From: Octopus sinensis
Taxonomy: Eukaryota
Assembly: GCF_006345805.1 (NCBI RefSeq)
Contig: NC_043012.1
Location: 38,564,001-38,628,000 of the forward strand
Direction of reading: 5' to 3'
Length of the DNA: 64,000 nucleotides
Shown piece after piece: positions 23,843 to 36,279 of this stretch. The notes below the pieces were generated by a model. That model worked only from the letters and a program-made list of their open reading frames with translations. It did no database searches and was not told where the DNA came from. Position 1 is the stretch's first letter; every line of letters begins with the position of its first letter. The translations under genes and the position numbers were made by a program.

Positions 23843-25071
23843 TTATCTATCTATTTATCTGTCTATCTCTCGATCGATCTAAGTGGCTGTGTTGTGCGTA
23901 AACCGGTATATTCCAATAGAAAAGACTGACAATTATATAAAATCTAAAGGTAATAAATTTGTCATGAAAAATTGTTCAATTTTAACGCATTCTTCAAAGA
24001 TGTAAATATTTATTTATGTAGTTATGATAAATGTTTCGTAACACAGAAGAAACACTTTAAAGTAGAACTTAAGAAATTAATATATCAAATATTCATCTGA
24101 CAGAAACACAATATTATGAGGAATGACCAATAAATTATATACACACACAGAGTACGCATAAGTGTATGTATGTGTATATTATGTATGCATGTATATCTAT
24201 GTATGGACGTATGTGTGTATGTATGTAAGTATATATATATATGCATACACATGTGTGTATGTTCTGTGATTATGTGACTTGAGGGTCCTCTATGCATTGT
24301 CATGCACAAGTGCCTGAGTATACGTGTGTGTAATATCGATCTATGAATATAATCTTACGCTCTGTATGTTTGTATGTATATATGTATATATGAGCGTAAT
24401 GTGTGCGTATATATGCATACACACACAACTCACAAACACAAACATATATATGCATTTTCACACACGAACATATCTGTATAGTTATATGAAAATAACGTGT
24501 TGATGAATATATATTATACACCTCGCATACGTATATATAACAGCATATACACATACGGTTATATATGTGAGATATTTATTTGCGAGCGAGTGATGTTTGC
24601 GCATGCGTGTCCTAACATAGATATCGTCGCCTCTCTTGCCACAATCTATATCAATATTTCTATCTCGGCAACTTGCACCGTGTTATATACACATTTCTCG
24701 ATATTCAAATCAGAAAAACAGATCATTTCACGAGTTTCTGTAAGTACAGAAATTCACACATTTTCTCTATGGACATATCTTAATAGTCGTTTCATTTAAT
24801 GTGGGCCTTTGACAACTGTTGGAATTTCGCTCTCCTCTTTTCTTCAAAGATGTGTTCAGATCATAAAAAGGATTAAACAGAGCTACGTGTTCGGGAGAGG
24901 GAGAGAGAATGTGTGCACATGTATGTGATTGTTTTCCATGCATGTATATAGACACACACGTTTATGTGTATATTTACACATACATATGAGTGTGTGATGT
25001 ATATGCACATAAATATATGCAATACATATTTGTATGAGCGCAAAATTCACGATACGTATATATATTTACGT

Positions 25072-25181
<110 letters not shown>

Positions 25182-25690
25182 AATCACACGTATTACTTTA
25201 CCAGGTAAGCCATATTTCGCTGTATTTATATCAGAGATTTTTTTCTATGATACATTTTTTTTATTTGTTATCTTCTCGCCCGCCCATTTATATCTCTATC
25301 TACTCATTTTATAAAAGTCTCCGCAGCGATTAAGAAAAAAGATTACAGAGATTACACATCAGTTTTCACACGATTCATTTAAATACATTAACAGATAAAG
25401 GTGTACACAGATAAAGGTGTACACAGATAAATACGTAGAATGATTTTCTCTCATATATATATAGATATATAGATATATCGGTAAGTATGAAAACCGTTTT
25501 ACATATGTTAGCTTCGATTGTTTGTGAAGATGGTGAAAATATTTCATTGGTAACTAAAATCTCATCCGATGAACATTCACAGTTCTGCTACTTAAAACGA
25601 ACGTTGAAAGTGCCTGCCCAACCATGTATATATACATCATGTACGTATCTCTAGATCTCTAAATGTATATATATATATATTATATATATA

Positions 25691-25728
<38 letters not shown>

Positions 25729-25893
25729 TATATATAATATACATACATATATAAATATATATATATATATTCTATCGATCAAATAATGTGTGTAGGAATA
25801 AATATATATGTATTTGTGTGTATATACGTACATACGTGTATACATACACACATACATACATATATATACATATATACATATATATATACATAC

Positions 25894-25924
<31 letters not shown>

Positions 25925-26309
25925 ATATATATATATATATACATAAATATACATATATAATTGTTTGTGTATATATGGGTAACACGCGCGCATAGGTGAA
26001 AACCAAGGTGACGAAATTAGTAGTGGAATATCAAAGATAGAGTTAAATATTTTATTGAAACTCAGAAAACACCAGAAACAGTTGCTCAAACATTGTTCTG
26101 AACAATAGCGATTCTCTTCTAAAAAGATGTGTGAAACTCAGAGTAAAACGTTTTCAATTGTTTTGTTCAGTTTCAGTGGTATGCTTGTTGCATCCCAGAA
26201 GGTTTGAAACCTTTGTTTAGGCATTTTTAACTGTGCTGGATTATTAGAATTTTAGTATATCATTACCATTCATATAATAAAGTAAACTGTTAAATTTCGT
26301 TATTCCAGA

Positions 26310-27425
26310 TTGAAGGACACATGTGTAAATTATATTTTGACCAGACCCTACTAAATACTGTTTGTCACAGTTGACTAATTAGCAGAATGCAGTCGGAATG
26401 TAAAAGATAATTTGGAAGCTCTCTAAGCAAGAAGGCTTTGTGTGAAACTGGGCAAAACTACTACAGAAATGTAGGAAATGCTGCCGATTCCTTATGGATT
26501 AAATTGTAGGAGCCGAGGATCTGCTTTTCGCTGGCAGTAGAGGTTCAATTACGTGAAAGGGAATGTTAGAAACGATGAGAGGTGTGAGAGGAAGAGGTAC
26601 GTTAGGACATCAGAGCTGACTGAGAAATTATGCAATTGTCTGGACTTCAGACTGTCGTGTATATAGATGGACAACAAGTGTACTGTTGATGTGGAAACTG
26701 TACACAAAATTAGTCATGGAGGCCTGAACCTGCGCAAAATTAGTGCAAAGTTTGTTTGTAGAGTGCTCGGTAACGGACAGAAAGATTGACGCGTGGGCAA
26801 CTGCAGATTCATCATTCCCACCACTCTAAGTGTACACATGTCACTCGTGTCGTTTGACGAAAGCTGTATCTACAGTTATATTCCAGACCTCAAGAGACAG
26901 AGTACCCAACGGAAGCAATACTAGCTCCCCCAGGTCTAAGAAGTCGAGGCAATGAAAATCCACCGTAAAGTTCTTGATAATAGCCATTTTCGACGAGAAG
27001 GGTACCATCTACATCTCGTGGATTTACTCTGGCCAGGCGGTCAAGAAAGAGTTCTTTCAGAAGGTTTTGAGGGACTTTAAGATGATCGTTCATCAAAAAA
27101 GTCCAGAACTCAACTTGAGGTGGTGGTATGAGAATCAAGACAATATACCCGCACACATTTCCATCCTTGTACCCGAGTACTTGTCAGAGATGGGAAATAG
27201 AATTGTTTGTCAACCACCAGCAGTACAGACCTTGCTTCCTGTGACTTGTGATTTTCTTCCTAGATAAAGAACCTCAAGAACTATCGTTTTGTTGGCATTA
27301 AGAAGACGAAGGAGGCTGTAAGTAGAGAGTTGGATACCGTCATTTTGGAGGATTTCCATCGGAGTGGAGCACTACAACAAATGAATTGAAGTTGGAAGAC
27401 CCCACTTTGAAGGAGATCAGAGTTT
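26310..27425 (+). pseudogene. Near full-length mariner (DD34D-type) transposase pseudogene
   Basis: 'CVKLGKTTTEM...RW..RF.....NVRNDERC', 'DESCIYSY.PDLKRQS', 'IAIFDEKG', 'QDNIPAH', ending '..FEGD'; multiple stops and frameshifts. Confidence 0.9.
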
Positions 27426-28028
27426 TGCATTTCTTTGAAAATGCTTCTATGTAATCGTATATATGTTGTTTATATCTATACCTCTTTCGGTGTGTGTACC
27501 ACATATTTATGACCAATCACGGTACATAGCATGTAATCAAAGTTTATTGGATAAGTCTGTCTTGAGGTAACGTTCGGAGTATGCACGACGCGAACTCTGC
27601 TCGGCTGTATAAAGAACATCATGACAATGAGAAAATTCGCCTATTTCGGCAGTAATCTTGCTGAAAATAGCAGCTATGTAATATAGAAATTAAAATTTCT
27701 ATGCATTAACAAACGGAAGACATATTAGGTAATGTGATAACATTCTGAGAGAGCTGATAATAGAACTATTACGCTGTTTCAACGCATTTGAACTCCTTAG
27801 AACAACCAGAAATTGTTTTCATATCCTGGCTTGGCAATCTATATTCCGCTAATTAAACTGATCTATTTGCGGATTAACGCTGTGACACCGGTCATCGCTT
27901 TAACGAGATACACGCTAGGGATACTCGGCTGCTTCTCAGATTCCATATTTATTCCGTATACATGAATGGCTCTGTACATTTTCATACGTTTGCATAGACA
28001 TAATTATCTCTGCACATTTGCATCCATC

Positions 28029-28102
<74 letters not shown>

Positions 28103-28127
28103 GTGTGTGTGTGTGTATATATATATG

Positions 28128-28161
<34 letters not shown>

Positions 28162-28541
28162 TTGTATATTTATAAATATCCGTTTATGTAGAGAAAGAGA
28201 GAAAAAAATCTGATATGCGTTTTCCGTTGCTAATCTTATGGACTTCCATACTTTAGGCAAATATTGCAGAACAAAGTAACTGAATGGAATGTCAGCATGC
28301 TGTGAATCTAAACGCGTACTATTTCAACAAACCTTTTTTTCGTTCCCTCTTACGTACATAAAAAGTGCATTGAAACACCTACACACCTAGATACACACAA
28401 ATATTCACGTATGCAAATAAAAATAATTATATATAATACTGGCTCAAAAATACTATCTTAAAAATGTATTGCGAACCAACATTGCACTTTTGCACTTTGC
28501 AAGGTATGTGTGCTTATGCATAATACATGGATAATGAATAC

Positions 28542-28612
<71 letters not shown>

Positions 28613-28614
<2 letters not shown>

Positions 28615-28890
28615 CAATTGCAGCGGTGTCAGGTGTTTATAAGCCATTTAATTTGTCAAAATATTTTCGTCGCTTTGAGACCGCGACCTGTTCCCTGACA
28701 AAATACCGTGCACCACGGACTTTTGTCAGTGAACAGGTCGCGGTCTCAAAGCGGCGAAAATATTTTGACAAATTAAATTTAAATGTTGAAGTGAATCTAA
28801 CGGTTTTGTGTGTTTTAAATGGCTTATGAACACCTTCCACGCTCCAATTGTTTTCATTCCAGTACACGATCTCAGATCAGGTCATCTCCG
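28613..28890 (+). mobile_element. Fold-back PLE-type terminal fragment between (TA)n arrays
   Basis: About 65-bp near-perfect hairpin centred on 28711-28713. The outer arms also match, but the left arm lacks about 45 nt internally and the last about 35 nt. The tail is shared with 62321-62443. Confidence 0.8.
28722..28772 (+). ncRNA. Type I hammerhead variant with a G3-C8 core (GUGAACA)
   Basis: UUUGUCA-GUGAACA-G[g]UCGC-ggucucaaa-GCGGC-GAA-AAUAUU-U-UGACAAA: 7-bp helix I, G10.1-C11.1, palindromic helix III. Confidence 0.65.
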
Positions 28891-28924
28891 AAATATATAT
28901 ATAATATATATATATATAATATAT

Positions 28925-28985
<61 letters not shown>

Positions 28986-28998
28986 TATATATATACAT

Positions 28999-29030
<32 letters not shown>

Positions 29031-29044
29031 ACATATATTTATAC

Positions 29045-29143
29045 ATACATCAGACACCTGCTCGAGCTGCCACTGATTGGGACTGACCCGGAGCAATTTA
29101 GATTGGAAGCAAGCTTCTAACTACAAAGCCACTCCTGTGCCTA
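29045..29143 (-). mobile_element. Head fragment of the composite SINE
   Basis: GGGACTGACCCGGAGC...AAGCAAGCTTCTAACTACAAAGCCACTCCTGTGCCTA. Confidence 0.65.
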
Positions 29144-29195
29144 TATCATTACAAACTGAGTACATTTATGTATGTATATACGTATGTATATATAC

Positions 29196-29247
<52 letters not shown>

Positions 29248-29498
29248 ATTCCAAATCCTTGTAAAGTTCGTGATCAGAAACTAAACAATTTTGTCAACCT
29301 GGGACATAACATTGTAACTGAAACCCTCTTAAGCTAGTTTTCTGCTTCTGCCAGTCAGCCTATCTCCCCCGAGGTACTTCCTGTTTTATGGAAATAACCG
29401 TCTATTTTGGACATTGGACATTACTAAATGTCAGGAAATCACTAATCGCTTTACCTCTAAGTCTAGCATCTCATACTACAATTGCAATTTATTAATTA

Positions 29499-29637
29499 CT
29501 AGCAGTAAAACCCGGCTTTGCCCGGGATTAAGTTAGGATTATTAAGCTGATCGAGTTCTTTATTTCAAACCAAACTAACATCGACGTCAAATTTGGGCGA
29601 AATTCGTTGAAATTGGTTTATATATAAAAGCTTCCCG

Positions 29638-29671
<34 letters not shown>

Positions 29672-30088
29672 GCAACACACACACACACACACGTACGTAC
29701 GTACACCTATTGCATACGTGTTTTTTGCAAGCATACATGTTCGTGTGTGTGTGTGTGTGTGTGTTGCCCGTATATCAAGAAAACATTTTTTCACGAGGGA
29801 AAAAAACCACGCAAATGTCTTAATAAAAACTTATTCGTCGCTAAAAGGGACTTAACTCTTGTTTGCAAACAATGGTGATTTCTCCTACTTGAAAATTGTT
29901 AAAAGTTTTGGTTAGTAATTTATTTTTACTGCTATTCGCTGGTGCCTCTGGTAAAAGGAAGTTGACGAAAATACAGCTAGGGTCATACAGAATGTCCTAG
30001 AATTGGTGCGACGTGCGTGCTAATTTCTGAACGTGCATAAATTACACTTACGTACATACACACACATCTTGCCTTTTATATATACTGA
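29499..30088 (-). mobile_element. Non-autonomous Helitron-like element
   Basis: Minus strand begins A|TC(AGTATATATAAAAG) and ends with the CCCGG-GCAAAG-CCGGG hairpin, 8 nt, then CTAG|T. These are the Helitron 5'-TC, 3' hairpin-CTAG and AT-target hallmarks. Confidence 0.75.
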
Positions 30089-30949
30089 TTTACTATATGA
30101 ACCCTCCCACCAATCTAAGTAATCGTCCGAAGATCGGAACTATAAAACACGAGGTGCCATCGATCATATATTCAGCGTACTCTCACCCTCTCTCTTTTCT
30201 CTCTCTTTTTCTCTCTCTCTTTCTGTCTATTTATCATTCTGCGTGTGAGTGTGCGCGTGTGTGTGCATGTGTGTGCGCGTCTGTGTGTGGGTCTTTGTGT
30301 GTATGTGTGTGCGTGTTTGTGCGTATGTATGTGTGCGTGCATGAAAACTTTAATCCCTGTACTTAGTATATATATATATATTCGAATAATGTGCGCTTGT
30401 ATACACACATACACGCTTGTATATAATGGGAAATATGCGTTCATCCTATCTGAATACTGATATGGCGGTAGCGATCATTTGCCTCTGAGCCAGCAAGATC
30501 GCCCTTCCGTCAACGTTTTCGAATGCATCACTTAACATACATTAGGGAAAAGCTTCTGCTAAACACCAACTGAATTCTCTCATATTCTGGAATTCTACCA
30601 AAACTCTTATCGATAGAATCCACCACAAATTTCCTGCTAAATTTAGACCTTCCATTTTTGTTTAATATATCAGGCTTTTGGCAGCTCAAATACAACGATG
30701 CTGTGTTGTGTGTAATTTATGGTGATAGGATATGGCAGGCACTAGACCCTTGGTCAGTGTGTTTGAAGCTCAATGCCAGATATGGCACACCATTGATTGA
30801 ATCAGTGATATTGTTGCTCTGTTTAGAAATAATAATCTAAAATATGTTTGATTTCTCTTGCGATACGTAGTTAAGTCTGGACATATTATCGCACAAACCA
30901 TAAAAACTACGTTTACGTTGGGATCAGGTTTCAATATCAATACTACGAG

Positions 30950-31027
30950 ATTTATTATTGTTATTGCTGTTGTTGTTATTATTATTATTATTGGTGTTGT
31001 TGCTGCTGTTGAAGTTGTCCTTACTGC

Positions 31028-31103
<76 letters not shown>

Positions 31104-31122
31104 ATTATTATTATTATTATTA

Positions 31123-31179
<57 letters not shown>

Positions 31180-31200
31180 CATTATTATTATTACTATTAT
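30950..31200. repeat. (TTA)n/(TTG)n microsatellite
   Basis: Directly visible. Confidence 0.95.
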
Positions 31201-31345
31201 TAAAATTCTGCCGAAGTCGACTTTGTCTTACATTTTTTCGGGGTCGATAAAATAAGTGCCAGGTACGCACTGGGGTCGATGTAATTGACTAGCCCTCTCC
31301 GCACCAAAAATTTTCAAGGCCTTGCGCTTAGAGTAGAAATAGTAA
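31201..31345 (+). mobile_element. 3' fragment of the family B SINE
   Basis: GCCGAAGTCGACTTTG...TCGGGGTCGATAAAATAAGTGCCAG...CACTGGGGTCGATGTAATTGACT. Confidence 0.7.
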
Positions 31346-31393
31346 TAAAAATAATAACAACAACAACAACAATAATAATATTAATAATGATAA

Positions 31394-31948
31394 TAATAAT
31401 AATAGTACCAGGCAGTGGCTCTCATGGCTTCTGATCTTAACTGATTGGAAGTGTTATCATGTACATTGTTTTGTCTTGGTATAAAAGATGGGCTACAGCA
31501 AATATTCTGCTCAATACCACAGATTTGTTTGTCAGTTGTTTGACCTTAACCAGTTGAGCATGTCCCTTAGTGGCTGACGATATGTGCATCTCTGATCACG
31601 AGCAGAAGTAGTGGGGGAGCATCATAGCCATGTGTTGAGAAGGATTCTTTGGGGTTTGAATAATTCACCTCTGGAAACATGGGTGTTTCGTTCAACGTCC
31701 TTAAACAACCCTTATTCAGGGACCTTTTGAGCGGGATGGGTTACTCGATCTGAAGAAAATTCTAACTGGGCTCCACCTGCAAGGTCATGTGCTGTTTATC
31801 TTGATATGAGATCACCATGTCGCGCATATATAGTTGTGATGCATGTGCCTGGTGTACCCTTATCAGACGGGTAGTCATGATGGGTATACTGGGCTTCGTA
31901 TATTTTACCCCAGTGTCACTTTGATGGCATGCTCTGCTCGCTCACTCA
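31394..31948. mobile_element. About 550-bp non-coding interspersed element embedded in (TAA)n arrays; orientation unresolved
   Basis: Flanked by (AAT)n on both sides; its first about 190 bp match 44811-45198 in inverted orientation. Confidence 0.7.
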
Positions 31949-32014
31949 ATAATAATAATACTACTAATAATAATAATAATAATATATAATAATAATAATA
32001 TATTATTATTATTA

Positions 32015-33625
32015 TTCTGTTTGACTTTTGCTTTATATTTGTACAAGTTGGCTCCAAGTCTCACCCAGAGACCTCAAGAGACAACAGGTTGGAAGTTCAC
32101 GTTGTTGTTATGCCTAGTGTGCCATATATCTGGTTGTTCTTTTTTTTGGTGTTGTACTAGTGGATGTCTAAAAAAAAATGTTTGTTTTAAACCTTGAGAT
32201 TACATAGAAAGTATTTTGCGTAGGATATGAGCCGTTCCCATGAACACTATCTTTTGAATTTCTGCCATTTTCGGGTTTCCTGGTATCTGAGTTAGGTAGC
32301 GATCAGCCCCTTTTGCTATCAGTCCCAGGGCACCTATGACAACAGGTATTGTTTTAGTCTTCAGGTTCCACATTTTGCTGATTTCTCTTTCAAGATCTTT
32401 ATATTTGCTCAGTTTCTGATAGGTCTTGACAGATACGTTTATATCGATTGGGACAGTCATATCAATGAGGAGGCATGTTCTTTGTCTGAAGTCTTTCAAT
32501 ATGATGTCTGGCCTGTTTGCATCTAACTTTCTGTCAGTTTGAATGGGGAAGTTCCAGAGGAGTGAGATGTGGTCATTTTCATGCACTGGAGGTGGTTTGT
32601 GTTCCCACCAGTTTTTTTCATGCGGCAAATCCAGGTTTTTGCAGATTACCCATTGAATATATTGTGCAGCTCTATCGTGCCTGTTGAGATACACTGTAGG
32701 CGCTAGAAGACTGCATTTGGAGACATCGTGATCAATGGTTTCATTTTGTTGTCGACATACACGACATGTGCTACTGCCGTTCTTTAATATGTTGGCCTGG
32801 TAGTTTTTTGTTGGTAGGCATTGATCATGGGCTGCTATGATAAACCCTTCTGTTTCAGATTTTAAGCCAGAGGCCATTAGCCATTGATGGATCAGGGCTT
32901 TGTCAACATCTGCATTATTCGCTCTCTTTGGGTATTTGCCATAGAGAGGGTTTTCTTGCCGTCTATCTCTAATTCCGAAATTTGTTGTATTCGGAATTCA
33001 CTTAGATATTCCTTTGCCTGTTTTGTTACTGAGTATGATGCTTTCTTATTTTCATGTTTTGAGACAAGTTTTAACATCCAGTTCTCCGAGTTTTTCAGGT
33101 AGGTGTCTAGGCCAATTGTAGCAATCTTCATTGTTATTGCCAGTTGTAAAAGTCCACGGCCTCCCTCTTTTCTTGGCAGATAAAGTCTTTCTGTATCTGC
33201 TTTAGGGTGGTGCATTCTATGCTTTGTCAACAGTTTTCGTATTTTCCTGTCAAGATTACATATTTCAGAAATTGACCAGTTAACGATATTGAAACTGTAA
33301 GTCACGACTGGTATGGCTAATGCATTGATCGCTTCGATACTGTTTCTCGCATTCAGCTCTGTCTTGAGTATTGCTCTTACTCTGCGATAACATTCTCTCC
33401 TGATCCTTTCCTTCATCTCTGAATACCTTATTCCGTCTCCTTCAATTACCCCTAGGTACTTGTAGTTCTCCGCTGGGTCTAATTCTTTTATGACATTCTG
33501 CTGGTCAAGGTTAACGTTAGATGTTTCTGTCATTTTTCCTTTGATAAAGGTAGCTTTTGCACATTTATCGAGGCTAAATTGCATTCTGATGTCGTCACTG
33601 AATTGTTTGACAATCGCTAGTAAGC
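32015..33625 (-). mobile_element. 5'-truncated R4/Dong-type non-LTR retrotransposon (RT C-terminus, CCHC knuckle, RLE endonuclease, 3' UTR, (AAT)n tail)
   Basis: 'FSLDKC', 'YKYLGV', 'LYLPRKEGGRGL', 'CRVC....ETIDH....C', 'RHD', 'ANRPDI..KD.....C.LIDMTVP', 'KY.DL..EI..MW', 'PVVIGALG'. A frameshift or deletion near 32930 splits the ORF. Confidence 0.9.
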
Positions 33626-34254
33626 CCTTTAGTCATTATTATTATCATTTTTATTATTATTATTATTGTTGTTGTTGTTGGTATTGTTATTGGTGTTGTT
33701 ATTGTTGTTATTACTATAACTGTTCAACATTTGGTAGTTTCAGCCAAATTTCTGCAGCATCGCCTCGTCCGCCTCCGTGTTGCTGCGGCGTGTGCAGCAT
33801 AATGCGTTCTTTTCTGTTGTTGGGAATGAGGAAACTGTTCCTGGTATTGCATTGCGTCAGTTTTTGAGGTGTGCTTCAGTTTTTTTTGCTGTATTAGCGT
33901 TTGTATTGTGTGTTGAGTATGTAATGTGTTGGTTACTGAGCTTGATGGTGGTAATTTATTTCATTGGATATTTGCGGTATAGCATGTGTCTTGCGCGTAG
34001 GTTGCATTATTGAAATGATAATGTCTGGCGTATGATGTGGGCTGTTCCTAGCAAGGTTATTTTTTTCAGATAGTGTATAGTATTGAGGATCGAGCTGTAT
34101 CTTCAACGTTTTTATATATATGGTATTTTTTTATCATGCCCAATGCTCCAATTATTGATATTTTTTCAACAGCATGACAATTTTTTCGTCTGTCCTTGTT
34201 TGTCCACTGTATGCTTAACCCCTTTTGAGCAATAATGAAATAAGAATATTTAGA

Positions 34255-34432
34255 ACGCCGGACTTAATGCTTAGTGGCATTTTGTCCGACTTTACGTTCT
34301 GAATTTCAATCCTACCGGGTTCGACTTTACCTTTCACCCTTTTATCCAAAGCTCCAGCTGGACAGCAAGGTCGATGTAATCGACTTGATCACTTCCAGAA
34401 ACTTGCTGGCCTTGTGCCAAAATTTGAAACCA
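34255..34432 (+). mobile_element. Degenerate family B SINE
   Basis: ATGCTTAGTGGCATTT...CGTTCTG...GGTCGATGTAATCGACTT...GGCCTTGTGCCAAAATTTGAAACC. Confidence 0.7.
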
Positions 34433-34520
34433 CTGGTATAACATTATCTTCGTGTTTTCAACAGTTTTACTCGAATTCTTATTGTAGCATCAATTTCATC
34501 CCTGTCTGTCTGTCTGTTAG

Positions 34521-34555
<35 letters not shown>

Positions 34556-34984
34556 TCCTCTCTACCTCTCTGTTCTTATAGTGAAAAGAGCATTGTGTTT
34601 CGAGAATGAACGAGTTGTGTTTTATTGTCACAGTTTTACTGTCTTCTCTCTTGTGTAGAATGTGTTTAATGATAGTTAAGCTATATTGTTACGTGTCCTT
34701 TATATCTCGAATGCACTGAGTGATCGGAGATTCGTATTTCAGTAAGAAACTCCGGTTATTCAGTTTACTGCTGCTTTACATACTCTTAATACGCCTCGTA
34801 ATGTAAGATGTGAGTGGAGTTTTATAGAGCCAGGTAAGCATTATGTACGGATATTTTGTGTTATTGCCTTAGGTTATCCATCTATACATCCATCCCTGTC
34901 CACTGTTTCCATATGGCCCTATGAGAAGGAACCGGAATTAGAATTTCTGGTTGTATTCCGAAGCGTGACCAATCAAGACTCTGG

Positions 34985-35403
34985 ATATTGGTTTCATATT
35001 TTGGCACAAGGTCAGCTGTTTCGGGGGAGGGCTACGTCGATTACATCGACCCCAGTGTACCACTGATACTTATTTTATCTACCCAGAAATGATCTAAGGC
35101 AAACTGGACCTCATCGGAATTTGAACTCAGAACGTAAAGACAGACAAAATACCTGTAAGCATTTCATCCGGCGGGCTGACACTTTTAAGGCGTCGAACTG
35201 GTAGAATCGTTATCATGCGGGGGAAATGCTTAGTGGCATTTCGTCTGCCCTTACGCGCTGAGTTCAAATGACGTCAAGATCAGCTTTGCCTTTCATCCCT
35301 TCGAGGTCCATAAAATATGTACCAGTTGAGCACTGGGGTCGAAAAAATTGACCTACACTTCCCTTAGAATTGCTGGCCTTGTGCCAAAATATGAAATCAA
35401 TAC
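34985..35403. mobile_element. Two family B SINEs head-to-head (34985-35181 minus; 35189-35403 plus)
   Basis: Both end in GCC/GACCTTGTGCCAAAATATGAAA(C/T)CAATA, in opposite orientations. Confidence 0.8.
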
Positions 35404-35989
35404 GTAATTTATTAATGGAAGTCATGGATCTGATGTTAATTAGTCTTTATAATTGTTAATTACTTTTACAATTGGCTTCATTTTTACGCAAAGTAACCTT
35501 GTCACAAGATGTTTCTTTCGCCTGAGACAATTTTCTACCGTTTACCTAATTAACTTATAGAAATGTTATTATTATAAAGACAGCAATGTTGACGGATGGA
35601 ACGTGTTTGATCTGATTTGCTTGGACAAGTTTCATTTTGCGTAAAAATTACGCAGAGTGAAGAATACCGATAAGGTTCATTCTAGTTCTAACAAAGAGTC
35701 TCCTGCAGTCAAACAACATTGAAGTTTTCTTCTAAGATAGTTTTGATCAGGATTTACCTAGGGCTAAACAACATCAACCACAGTGATGACAATCTTAAAG
35801 AAAACATTGGTAACACAAAAGAAATAACGAGCAATTAATCAACAGAGCACAGACAAAAGGAACTAAATTAAAATTAACGAGAGGATAATTAATGACAAAC
35901 CAATTATGTGTATAAATTTATCAAATATTCGCAAAATACCTCCGGCCCAGGATATGTGATGCCACAATGACAACAATACAGTAGTAATA

Positions 35990-36185
35990 TCAGTTTCAAA
36001 TTTTTCAGCAGAGTAAGTAGTTTACATCAACCCCCAGCATTCAGCTGGTACTTATTCTATCGACCCCGAAACGATGAAACGCAAAATCGATCCTGGCGGC
36101 TTTTGAACCCAGAACGAAAGGACGAACGCAATGCCAGCAAGTATTTTGCCCGATGTGCTAACGGTTTTGCCACCGCGCCGCCTTT
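35990..36185 (-). mobile_element. Degenerate family B SINE
   Basis: CTGGTACTTATTCTATCGACCCCGAAACGATGAAA...GTGCTAACGGTTTTGCCACCGCGCCGCC. Confidence 0.75.
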
Positions 36186-36279
36186 TTAGTGGCAGTAATA
36201 ATACCGTCAACACAAGCAGCAACAATGAGAGAAACCGGGGTTAAATAGGTAAATGATTTCAAAGACAATGTTTTTTTTT

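Noticed and set aside
26096-26150. CTGAACA...GAAACTCAGAGTA hammerhead-like remnant
   Set aside because: C3/C8 mismatch and only 2 bp of helix I; at most a dead relic.
33720-34050. Possible older R4-like RT remnant ('KERIML....GGGRG') on the minus strand
   Set aside because: Similarity is marginal and interrupted by stops.
34743-34838. Candidate exon between TTTCAG and CAG|GTAAGC
   Set aside because: All three frames contain stops; splice-like motifs alone are not evidence.
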